Below, piece after piece: positions 37,126 to 48,524 of a stretch of DNA of 48,524 bases. Made by a program: the position numbers and the translations under genes. A model generated the notes under the pieces. It did not search any database, was not told the origin of the DNA, and saw nothing but the letters and a program-made list of their open reading frames with translations. The stretch's first letter is position 1, and each line of letters opens with the position of its first letter. The stretch comes from Octopus bimaculoides (taxonomy: Eukaryota), in NCBI RefSeq assembly GCF_001194135.2, contig NC_068983.1, positions 160,953,939 through 161,002,462 of the forward strand, written 5' to 3'.

Positions 37126-38040
37126 TATGTATGTGCACGTATATATGTGCGTACGTTCCGCTCACTTTATATTAAACACCAAGAGATGGTTGCTATTCAT
37201 AGAAAAACTTCGCGGAAACCTGTCTCAGTGCTCAGCCACGGAAGAACGAATTACTTCCAAAACAGCAAAATGTCCTGATGTTCTGCAAACAACTTGCACA
37301 TGCAAGTGATGCCAGTCGAAAGCTCCGCATATCGGAAGCCAGCAAGTGTATGGGGTCATCAGGAGAGAATGCGCGCCGTTTCGGGGCCTACCTCTCGACT
37401 GCATCATTGCGCACCGGCCCCCACCTCACTGATATGAGGCCCCCCTTGCTAGATCAACTGGTTATCAAATAAAGCTCAATAATCTTCTAGCCATCGCTCA
37501 TCGTCTCTTTTTAACCAAATCCAGTGGCTAACCTTTTCCACTTTAGTTTGGATATCGGTCATGGTGATATTTACTGTACGATGAGTTTACTAAAGATCAT
37601 CGCAGGACATTTTCTTCATTTTGCATATACTCATTTTTTTTATAAGAGTGTATTAAAAGGATCACAGAAGAAAGATTAATTCTTTTACATTCTTCTCGTT
37701 TGCATGTATTTCCCATAATCATTGGTCATAGCTCCGGTACATTCTAATTAGCCATAGAGTACTCTGAGTGAACACATGCATCAATTAGACGAGTTAAATG
37801 TAACTTGTGAGAGTCCTATATGTAAATTTACTACATACTTTCATGCGTAAATGTATTCATGCATGTATGAGACAAGTATCCATGTCATTTCTGTTTACTA
37901 CATTCCACTCATAAGGTATTAATCAATTCGAGGTCAGGATAGAAAGAAGATTCTTGCTACAGGTGCCATGCAGTTGGATCGAACTCGGAACTTTTAACCA
38001 AAACAGAGACGTCTGCCTTCAAGAGCATAACATTTAATGT

Positions 38041-38254
38041 GGCGGCGAGCTGGCAGAAACGTTAGCGCGCCGGCCGAAATACTTAGCGGTATTTCGTCTA
38101 CCGTTACGTTCTGAGTTCAAATTCCGCCGAGGTCGACTTTGCCTTTCATCTTTTCGGGGTCGATAAATTAAGTATCAGTTGCGTACTGTGGTCAATCTAA
38201 TCGACTGGCCTCCTCCCCAAAGATTTCGGGCCTTGTGCCTAGAGTAGAAAAGAT
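38041..38254 (+). mobile_element. SINE family C, best-preserved copy (preceded by a decayed family A remnant at about 37895-37992, minus strand)
   Basis: A-box-like tggcagaaacg, B-box-like gagttcaaattcc (38113-38125); core gcctttcatcttttcggggtcgataaattaagta, which resembles the Meta SINE domain as I recall it. Confidence 0.9.
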
Positions 38255-40367
38255 ATACAAGCAAGCTAAGCGGTATGAAACAAAGATTGACCAAACATTA
38301 TAATTTCATATTCTAAGACAAAACTCATAGACTGATAAAGAACATAGAGTAAAGAAACACCAGGTGAGACAGCTTACAAGTATCTTATATTTTATGGGAG
38401 ATAATGCGACAAAATTAAAAGCATCTGTAACTAAACGTTGATTGAATATTATCACTATTTTAATTCGAGCTTTAAATGAAGGTTTGCCTGAAATTAGAAA
38501 ATGCTTACTCATCAAAAATGAGCCTGCTCATTAAAATTGTATCAACTTAACAGTATACTCTTTTTCATGTTCCAACCTGCGATCTGGGGCCATGCTGGAA
38601 CAATGATGTTGCTACATTTTTACTCTCTCTTACGTTTCTTGAAAAATGTAAGTATAAATATATTTCTACTGAACATCTGAATTTTAGGATGATCCTTTTG
38701 ATCAATTTCATTTTATATAATGAGAATTCTTGAAATTACTCTAGATTTACAGAGAATTCTAGTACTTCATCTCCAAAAGGAGTTGCTCCTTAGAAGCAAT
38801 ATGAAAAAAAGTACTAAGAGGAATGCGCAAAGTTACACTGTCGAAGTATAAAACACGAAGCTTTTATGAAAGAAAAAACTTTGGAAATTTGAAAAAAAAA
38901 ACCAGTACATTTAAAAGAACGAAAACACAACTATTTGAGAATAAACAAGAAAGAGTTAGAAGTAAAAAGTAAAAAGAAATTAGTTCGAGTTTGTGTTAAC
39001 GGCGTCTTTCTATGGCGACAGACGCACTGTCATTGTCTGATAGAATCATACTGTGCCACTTGAGATGGCTACAATTCTCTCACAGAAATGCCCCTTCCTA
39101 CAAACAAAAATGTCACATCTACAAGATTGACATCTTATCTTACAATACGCCTAATCATTGCAGCGACTTGTGTGACGTTTTAACGAGCATTGCAGTCTGT
39201 CTACAAAGCTGTCTGCTTTAGGTAGAAGGCCGTTACGTGTTTCCTCAGAAGCTGAATGACTGACTATATGTGAAGAAAATATATATTTATGAAATACAAA
39301 ATCTACCCTTTACACACAAACAAAACACACAAGCACACGCAACCATTTGCTTACACATAAATATACATTTAGATACACACACATACTGACAATTTTTATC
39401 TGCCTGTTTACATATTTGTGCCTACGAAAGTATTTGTATATAAGTCAATATTTTCAAAGGTAGTTGAGAGGAAGAGGGATCACAAAGAAAGATGGCGTCA
39501 GGGTTGTTTGTTACATGAACTGTGGTGGCAATATCCTATCTTTATATTGTTCACCATGTCTGGGTTATGTTCTGTAGATTTGTGTATTTAACAGTTGAGC
39601 TAGCAATTTTGTAATACTAGTGGCACCTAACACTATGCATACATATCGATTATAAGTATACATGTAACCTGTTCGGTCAGGTTTGTTCTCACCTTTAAAA
39701 AAAAACAGTTCCGTTTTCTCAATACGTTTGTGTGAATCAATCATAGCTGGCTTGAACATTCCGCTGACTTTGTAATGCCAGGTAGTAATTACATGAAAAA
39801 GTAATGTCAACTACGGCTTCTATAATTATAGTCTTAATACTACATGATTTTGAAATGGGTTACTAATTCTATTTTAAAAACATTTGACGCTTCATTCTGT
39901 ATTATCTATATGACATGATTGTAAGCTGGTTTTATAGAAGTTCGATCAATGTAAGTCGGGCAGAGCCGGTTCAGATTTCTTTTCTTTACCCGTGTAACCT
40001 TGTATAAAATGGTTTGCAATATGTCTAGTTGTGAAAATAGCTGTTATAAAATTCTCGAAGAACATCTGACAGACCCAGAATAATGAATTCTATTACTTTA
40101 AAATCGAAGCTTTAGTATTTTATATTTTGTTAACATTAGTGTAAAGAAGGTGATTATTTTATCGATCTCTGCGCTATACACACACACACTAATAACACCT
40201 GGACTAATAACACCTAGGAATCAAATTAAATGACAACGGTTTAAGCCGTCAATTCAAACAAGTTCATCAATGAAAACAGTAATTTTGTGACTAGCGCAGT
40301 AGAGCAAGAAATATACTAGCGAAATGAAACGACTGAACTTCACATGGGCAAATGAATACCGTATTGC

Positions 40368-40520
40368 TTTATTGTTTTAGTTGTTTCAAGTCAGCTGACT
40401 GCGGCCATGCTGGAGCATCGCCTTGATAGGCTTTAGTCGAACAAATCGACATCTGTTGAACCACCAAGTTACGGAGACATTAACACACCAACATCAAGCG
40501 GTGATGGAGAGAGAAACACG
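40368..40520 (-). mobile_element. SINE family A 3' half with internal deletion
   Basis: gactgcggccatgctggagcatcgcc...gtcgaacaaatcgac | aagttacggagacattaacacaccaacatc. Confidence 0.75.
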
Positions 40521-42235
40521 AAAACATGCACGCACGCACGCACACACACACACACACACACACACATAGTTGAAATTTATAGAAAAACAAAACACGAAGA
40601 CAGGTGTATGAACTGAAGGTGTCTTTTACCCATAAACTTTTTACATATACCAGTAGCGAGATTTTCGATAATTTGCGATCTGTAACAATAAATTCTACTG
40701 GAATATTTCTGGTAAATTGTAAGAATTTCTTCTTACAAAAGATAAATTGTATGACAACCATAAACATGAAATGGTAAATTGTGTGATAAAATCTTCGGAA
40801 CACTTGGCAAAAATTTCTTTCATTTTTTTCCTGCCATTTGTGTGTATGATCGAACTTGTAACAATACAAAGCATTTACGTTGATCTATTAGTCTTCATCT
40901 GTGTTTTGAAAGTTTTCCATAGATATTCATCTGTAAAGTGTACTGTTATTGACTACTTGACCGAATATCCTTTGTACTCATCTTGGACAGGGCAAAACAC
41001 ATGCAAAAAGTACACACACGTACACGCGAACATATACTTGTTTGTGCGTGTGTGTACGCGCTCGGTGCGAGCGTGCCTGCGTGCGTGCGTACGTGCGTAC
41101 GTGCGTGTGTGCGAGCGTGCCTGCGTACGTATGTGTGTGTGCGAGCGAGCGTGCATGCGTACGTATGTGTGTGTGCGTACGTATGTGTGTGTNNNNNNNN
41201 NNATGCGTGTGTGCGTGCGTGTGTGTGTGTGTGTGCGTGTCTATGTGTGTATGTGTGTGTGTTTAGTTTCAATTGTATTGTCTCACTCCAGTCTCCTCTC
41301 TGAAAACAACTTCAACAACTTCAGTGGAAATAATTATCAATTAAGATCTTACTTTCTTCCGCGTTTAACTGAATATAACTATTTATAACCGTGGAAATAT
41401 CACGGTTACTTTGAAAACTACAATATTGTTGGAAGTTAACAGAGAACCATAAGTTACGTCTCTTGAAATTGCATTTTTTTCTGGAGAGATTGATTCTTAA
41501 GAACGTGTAAATTCCACAAAGATAGTATTGAATACATAGTCTTAGAATAAGATATCTTTGGAAACTATATTCGTTGGTAAACACTTGTTACCTGTTCCAC
41601 TTTGTGAGTTGTTACCTATATATTTTTTTTTATATACGAAGACGTAAAGAATCTTGAAATGAAACTATGGAATGAAATCGAAACTGTCTATAATATTATT
41701 CTGCTACTTAATGAAATAATGGTAACACTTAATAGATTGAACTTCCGTCTTTATTTTCGTTTCAGAGAAACGCGCATATGGCTAGACTCCAACCCGCATT
41801 TCCAGTGAACAAAGTACAGTGACTAACCCACAAAACTCCTTCGAAGTTCAAATAATAAGTACCAATTATATACTGCAGTTCATTTTCGCATGCAATTATT
41901 TATTTATTTATTTATTTATGTGTTTCAGCCAAGTGGCTGCGGTCATGCTGGTGTCATTAAGTGAACATGTTCTTAAAGTATTGGATCCTTATTAAAGAGA
42001 ACATCCATACCAAATATATGCACCAGAAATCTAATAATTCAGTAGTTTGGATAAATACAGATGTTCTCGAAGCATCGATGAATCAAGAAAGCGAAAAACG
42101 TGAATGAAAATGGATAAAATTTACTAGGTTCGGCTAGATTTAGAGCAAAAGCTAATGGATACAGTGAAATATAAAACCCATAAATTTAGTTACTTTGATT
42201 CCAACTTATAAAGTCATCGCGCTGCAAATCATTTT

Positions 42236-42435
42236 GATACCAACCTGCCTGAGACCACCCTGGATTTATGATAGAAGCTTCTTGCTTTAAAGGGATTTGA
42301 ATTAAAACCTTCTCTCGAAACTGGATGTTACTATGTTACAAGCACAAGTTTATTGACAAGTTTATTTTAATGAATTCCCCGTTGAACCAAAAGCAGTGTA
42401 TTTTGACAGAAATTTGGTAATGAAAGGCACGCTTA
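42236..42435. mobile_element. Possible decayed MITE-like element
   Basis: Degenerate inverted ends ttttgataccaa ... ttggtaatgaaa; resembles a cephalopod TTAA-type MITE from memory only; no clean TSD. Confidence 0.3.
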
Positions 42436-43371
42436 AATGTTTCCCTATATCGATCTATAGACTGACCTCTTGTCGACTGGAACCTCACATAGTCTTCTCC
42501 ATTCAATTCCACAGAATTTGTATAGAAAATTAGAAAGTCATTGTTTTTGAGTGACACTTTATACCAGGAAAATTACTTGCTATGCTCTTTGTAGGATTTC
42601 CAAAAGTATTTCATCTTTAATTTTAAAGCGTATATATTTTATATTCGAATTAAGATGATATTATGAATCAATTCAGCTGTCTAAAAATTGGGATATCAAT
42701 TACCAAAGCAGGCTACTTGGTAGTAACAAGTTAGAAGTGGCTGGTGAAAGATCACAGTTGGAGGTGACCCCAAAACACAATAGTTCTTTTGAGAATTTGA
42801 AGTCAACAGGTACAATATACAGCAAGACAAATATCATGACATTAAAATGTGTTAAAAATAAATAAATCAGACTTTTACTCTTTTGACACTCAAGTTTATG
42901 GCAAGTTCGTAGTTATCATTTTTCTGTTTTTGAATCGCATTAATCCAACTGTCACATTTCCCCCTCTTCAATCTGTATTTTCTAACTTTATTTTTCTTTC
43001 TTTTCAACGCTATCTGTCTGGTCATCTCATCGTGGCCAGTATTAGATGACCATCTGACAGAAAGGTCATGATACGTCTCTAACTAAGTGTGAAGGAAAGA
43101 AAAAACGGCGACAGGACACGCGTCAGAGCATATTTCTTTAAAAGATTGATTGAGTTATTTAGCTGAACAGCTTAATGATGAGTGAATGAAAGGAGCGTGA
43201 AAGACAACAAAATAAAACGGTGGGGTGAAGAGCGAAAGTGCGCGCGGTTTGTGGTCGTTTCTCGATTGTTATTGCATTTTCAATGTAGTTAGTATCTGGT
43301 TTGAAGTATAGAACTGAAACAGGAATTTGATGCGTGACTTGAGGTAAAGGAATCAATAAGTGCCCATATAT

Positions 43372-43629
43372 TTTTTATCTTTTATCTTTTATTTGTTTCA
43401 GTCATTAGATTGTGGCCATGCTGGTGCAACGCCTTGAAGAATTTTAGTCGAATGAATCGACCCCAGTATTTTTTTTAAGCCTGGTACTTATTCTATTGAT
43501 ATATTTTGCCGAACCGCTATGTTACAGGGACGTAAACACACCAACACTAGTTGTCAAGCGGTGGTGGAGAAACAAACGCAGACATAAAGACACACAGAGA
43601 TACATACATATACACACACACACACACAG

Positions 43630-43674
<45 letters not shown>

Positions 43675-44145
43675 NNNNNNNNNNNNNNNNNNNNNNNNNN
43701 NNNNNNNNNNNNNNNNNNNNNNNNNNNNNNNNNNNNNNNNNNNNNNNNNNNNNNNNNNNNNNNNNNNNNNNNNNNNNNNNNNNNNNNNNNNNNNNNNNNN
43801 NNNNNNNNNNNNNNNNNNNNNNNNNNNNNNNNNNNNNNNNNNNNNNNNNNNNNNNNNNNNNNNNNNNNNNNNNNNNNNNNNNNNNNNNNNNNNNNNNNNN
43901 NNNNNNNNNNNNNNNNNNNNNNNNNNNNNNNNNNNNNNNNNNNNNNNNNNNNNNNNNNNNNNNNNNNNNNNNNNNNNNNNNNNNNNNNNNNNNNNNNNNN
44001 NNNNACACACACACACACATGACAGGCTTCTTTCACTTTCCGTCTACCAAATCCACTCACAAGGCTTTTGTCGGCACGAGGCTATAGTAGAAGACACTTT
44101 CCCAAGGTGCCACGCAGTGGGACTGAACCTGGAACCGTATGGTTG
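43372..44145 (-). mobile_element. SINE family A, nearly complete, spanning gap 43676-44004 in its (CA)n
   Basis: 3' half 43372-43610 and 5' half 44015-44145 are collinear with the reverse complement of 47728-48121. Confidence 0.85.
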
Positions 44146-45210
44146 TCGTGGGTGGACCTATTCTGGATCGTGCACATTCGTGCTTCCCTGATCAGGCCAC
44201 CATCGGCAAGTCCCAACTATTTTGATAAGATCTTGGTTAAAGTCCTAAAGTCAATGTTTAGTTGAGTTATGAGTCGACAATTGTCTACCGCATTCCCTTT
44301 TCTCAGTATCCTTTATCTGCATTCTCCCCTTCGGCTAGTAGATGCAGCAGACGCCTGTCAAGAGGCCCAAACTAGTCTGGGATGAATTCGTAAATGTCGA
44401 GACCAAACCAGGCAATATGCAGCATGTACATCCTCTCTTGACCACCTGCATTGCAATTGCTGTTACAGCAGTGTAATCTTCGAGAAGGCGGGGTAATCCT
44501 GTTCTCTCTTCTTAAATGGCACCTCTCAGTTTTTTGTCGATTATTTTGTTGAAAATCCTTCCACTCGACGGGAATTTTTGGTAAAGTGTTCTACAAAGGT
44601 TTTCATTAATAACTAATCTTTGGGGTTTATAAGGATAAATTCCTCAAATTCCTTCCCCTTTTGTCTCTATTTTGTCTTTCATCTGTCTAGATATGGGGTC
44701 CGTCATTTCATTACCGCGTTCATTTACAACGGTTAATTTGATGATGTTTGTTTCTAGAGAGTTTGACTTGTTTTGTTGTGTATTTGTTTTTTAGCTGTGA
44801 TTTTTATTATATTTGTGTGTTTTAATGGAAAAATCCACCTTAACAGTGTGTAAAGTATGGCAAAGTTTCATCGGCAGTGATGAGATTTTTTTCATAGCCG
44901 ATACCGAAATTAAAAAGGTAAATAAAAACAGGAAAAAAAACCGCTCAACTTTCATTGAATATAGGAACATAAAAATATTCCGGAAATGGTTTTACACTAA
45001 AACTTAAGGTAAATAAATTATTAAATTTTGTTCATAGCTTTTCAGTCTCAATACGTGACACCTAGAGCGATAGTCCTGGAAAGTGAATTTGGTTGACGAA
45101 AACTATTTAGAAGCCCGTCTTATAAAACATCTGTTTATGTTCATTTCCCCTCACAACTTCAAAACCGATGCTGGTTTGTTTATGTCCTCGAAAGTTAGCA
45201 GTTCCACAAG

Positions 45211-45361
45211 CCGACAACTGATGAAGGGTTGTTCTTTATGTTACTTGTCTTGTTTTCCATTTGTTTCTTTCGGTGTTCGCAAAAAAAGTTCGTATTCCAT
45301 GTTTTCGTATTTCGTATTTCATGTGCTTACGTTTTATGACGTCCTGCGCCCATATATGCAT
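45211..45361 (-). repeat. Interspersed repeat family D (preceded by a family A middle fragment at 45080-45210, plus strand)
   Basis: Reverse complement matches 32497-32628. Confidence 0.7.
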
Positions 45362-45496
45362 ATGTATATACATAAAAATGTAAGTATGCACATATATGCA
45401 TATATATATANNNNNNNNNNNNNNNNNNNNNNNNNNNNNNNNNNNNNNNNNNNNNNNNNNNNNNNNNNNNNNNNNNNNNNNNNNNNNNATATATAT

Positions 45497-45654
45497 ACAA
45501 CAGGCTTCTTCCAATTTCCGCCAGCCAAATCCACTTACAAGGTTTTGGTTGGCCTAAGGCTATAGTTGAAAACACTTGCTGAAGGTGTCACGCAGTGGGA
45601 CTCAACCCGCAACCATATAGTTGGAAAGCAAGATTCTTACCACACAGCCATGCG
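45497..45654 (-). mobile_element. SINE family A 5' half
   Basis: rc cgcatggctgtgtggtaagaatcttgctttcc...gagtcccactgcgtgacacc. Confidence 0.8.
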
Positions 45655-46024
45655 TTTTTTTTTTTCTTCTTTAAACTTCATAGAATCAGAAAATTTGTTA
45701 TTCCCGTACTTTTCTTGTTTCAAGTTTGCTGAGCTTCAACATGTAAAGAAAAAAAAAGAAGAAAAAGTATTCTTAGAAGAGTAAAAATCTCAGAGGAGTA
45801 AAAAATCAATAGTCTAATTCTTGCTTATATGTTATCAATAACTTGAATTTGGACCAAAATTAAATTTTTACGTTTACATTATGAGAACATGTAATACATA
45901 AATTACGTCCTATGAAGAAATGATTTATTACATACTATTTCTCCGAAATCAGAAAAATCCATCAACTTATGATTTGTCCTTGTTGAAGACTTTAAACTCA
46001 ATTCAACCATAATCAAGTGGACCT

Positions 46025-46316
46025 AGCACTATCGGTTACGACAACGAGGATTGCAGTTGATCCGACCATCAGAACATCCCGCTCGTGAATTTAGCACATA
46101 TCCTTAACGTAGTTCTCAGGGAAAATCAGTGTGACACAGATCGTGACAAGGCTGGTTCTTTGAATTACACGTACAGCACATTTTTGCCAGCTGAATGGAC
46201 TAGAGCAACGTGAAATAAAGCGTCTTCCTTGCTCAAGTACACAACGCATCACTGGGAATCGAACCCATGAGCTTACAATCGTGAGCCGAATACTCTAACC
46301 ACTAAGCCATGCGCCT
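46025..46316 (-). mobile_element. SINE with family B-type 3' tail but a different central domain
   Basis: Tail aligns to 9556-9730. Head rc ggcgcatggcttagtggttagag...gttcgattccc. Middle rc gttgtgtacttgagcaagg..acgctttatttcacgttgctc is unlike family B. Confidence 0.8.
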
Positions 46317-46762
46317 TTACATCAAGTGTTCTAATCATGCTCGTCCTGACATTTTATCAACCATAGTGTCTCTCGAAATGCAAGGGGATGAGATGGGGGT
46401 GAATTAATTTATGAATTTTTTAAGTACACTAGGTGAAGTGAAACTGGTTTAGGCAAGAATCGAAACCGGTACAAGGGGACAGGACTCGCCGTTTTCCATT
46501 TACCATCACTCAACAACAAAAGCAAATGTTACTAGAAATAACAATTTTATCAGAGAGACGGACGTTTCCTATTGAAAGGGAATATTAGTCAGAAGAAATA
46601 AAATGAAAAGCGAGACGTGATATTAATCTTTGAGGGTTGTCCGTTAAACAAACACCACCAGCGATTGCGATCATTAAATATCATACATAAAGACTGAAAT
46701 GTAAACAAGTTCTATAGAGATCTCTGGCAGCAAGCAGTTACGTCTCGATGTGTGCGTGTGTA

Positions 46763-46811
<49 letters not shown>

Positions 46812-47727
46812 AAACATGAATTTGGATTTTATATCTTTTAGTGAGAGATAAACTAGGATTGGACAGTAAATACGTGTGTAGACGTAAACATACGTCCATA
46901 TTCTGTGTATGTGCATGTGTGTTTGTGTGTGTCTGTGTGCATGTATGTGTGTGTTTGCGTGTATGTGAGTGTGTGTGTGAAAAAACACATTCACATACAC
47001 AAAAAATGTGCACATGAATGCATGAACATTTACATGCATGAATATGAGCGCTTCCCTTTCCCCCCACTTCGGCTAACTATGATAAAAAAAAATAAATAAA
47101 GCAGCATGAGTTTCACTCCACAAATATGGAGGGCCAGTTCCTTGTTGAGTATATTGCTGATACATATCATGCGGACTACTGATAAAATACTTGCACCCAT
47201 TAGCCTTCTTCATGAAGGATGGACCACTGCACCATGCTGGCCTTCCTTGACACACTGTATTTGATGGGGCCTTTAGTGATGACCCAACAAAACATTTATG
47301 GTTACAGGGCAATCTCATTTCGTAATTTTTTTCTATAAGTGTGGTTGGCTGAGTGAATAGGACATACGTGCAGGTCACTAGTTAATATCCTGTCTCATAT
47401 ATCCTAATGCACTTCGCAGTGAATATCTATTAGGGAGAGTGTAAGAAAAACGCAATTCTGAAAACAACGGAAACTCTTAAAAATTTGACGAGACTTCGTA
47501 GCTTTAAGTGATGTTTTCATACTCAGGTTGACTTTTTCGTTTGAAGGAAAAGTGTTTAACCAAAGTAAAACCTCTAGCAATTGCGAGAAATAACAGCCAA
47601 ATCAATGTCTTAAAAAGTGAAGAATATATTAGATAATGTAGACATGGATATCTCTAATCGGACGAATTGTCAGAATGGCTTTAGAATAACCAGGAACGAG
47701 ATGGGATACTGAAATTCAATTACGCTG

Positions 47728-48121
47728 AGGCATAGCTGTGTGGTAAGATTCTTGCTTCCCAGTCCCACTGCGTGGAAGTGGCACCTTCCGCAAGTGTCTC
47801 CTACTATAGCTCGAGCCGACCAAAGCCTTGTCAGTGGATTTGGTTGTCGGAAACTAAAAGAAGACCGTCGTATACCTGCGTATATATGTTTATGTGTGTC
47901 TGTCTTTGAATCTGTGTTTGTCCCCCACCACAGCTTGACAAACGGTAATATTGTGTTTAGGTCCCCGTAACTCTGCTGTTTGGCAGAAGAGACCGATTGA
48001 ATAAGTACCAGGATTTTTTAAAATAAATACTATAGTCGACACATTTAACCAAAAATTCTTCAAGACGGTGCCCCAGCATAGCGGCATTCTAATGACTGAA
48101 ACAAGTAAAAGGTAAAAGATA
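47728..48121 (+). mobile_element. SINE family A, full length
   Basis: ggcatagctgtgtggtaagattcttgcttccc (B-box region deleted) ... gaaacaagtaaaaggtaaaagata. Confidence 0.88.
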
Positions 48122-48462
48122 GTATGTCGTTTTATATCGTACTTCACTCTATCCACCGTCACATCCTTCATTCTTGCTATCACTAAACCTACTATATTTT
48201 TATTGGTACAGAAGATCAGCGGGAGCAGGCATACATTATTTCTGGCATTGCTTTAAACTTTTGCAGAATATCGATTATGCTAAGTTGCACTTTTTTTTTT
48301 TACAGAAAGGTATAAAGATTGTTGAAAGATTGCTTGAAGATACATGGCATGTTTCATAACATTGAAAAGCGCCGTAAAGCATGAAATTATTAGTAGCACT
48401 TACATTATTATGTGTTAAATTGATATTCATCTATCACTGGATGGAGTACTTCTTTTATTGAT

Positions 48463-48464
<2 letters not shown>

Positions 48465-48524
<60 letters not shown>
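48465..48524. repeat. (CA)n microsatellite
   Basis: Direct reading. Confidence 0.95.

Noticed and set aside
44146-44560. Moderately GC-rich sequence truncating a SINE head, possibly a LINE UTR
   Set aside because: No diagnostic motif, TSD or second copy in the window.

Overview
AT-rich eukaryotic (metazoan) genomic DNA from a gapped short-read assembly (11 N-runs, most next to microsatellites). No host protein-coding gene can be confidently assembled, so the window reads as intronic or intergenic. The SINE families and microsatellite style resemble coleoid cephalopod (Octopus-like) DNA; this is inference from recalled repeats, not a database result. Content: decayed DNA transposons (a mariner, a small mariner fragment, a DD37D/maT element, a DD36E Tc1 element, a Helitron Rep fragment), two non-overlapping pieces of an L1/Tx1-clade LINE in opposite orientation, the 3' end of an R4/Dong-like RLE LINE in a (TAA)n tract, about 25 tRNA-derived SINE copies or fragments in at least three modular families, and many microsatellites. 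The most unusual object is a young insertion at 2036-3251 inside the mariner. It has a perfect 46-bp TGT...ACA terminal inverted repeat and a 4-bp TSD like a DNA transposon, but internally looks like one LTR followed by a tRNA-Trp primer-binding site. Most listed ORFs are artefacts of N-runs or microsatellites.
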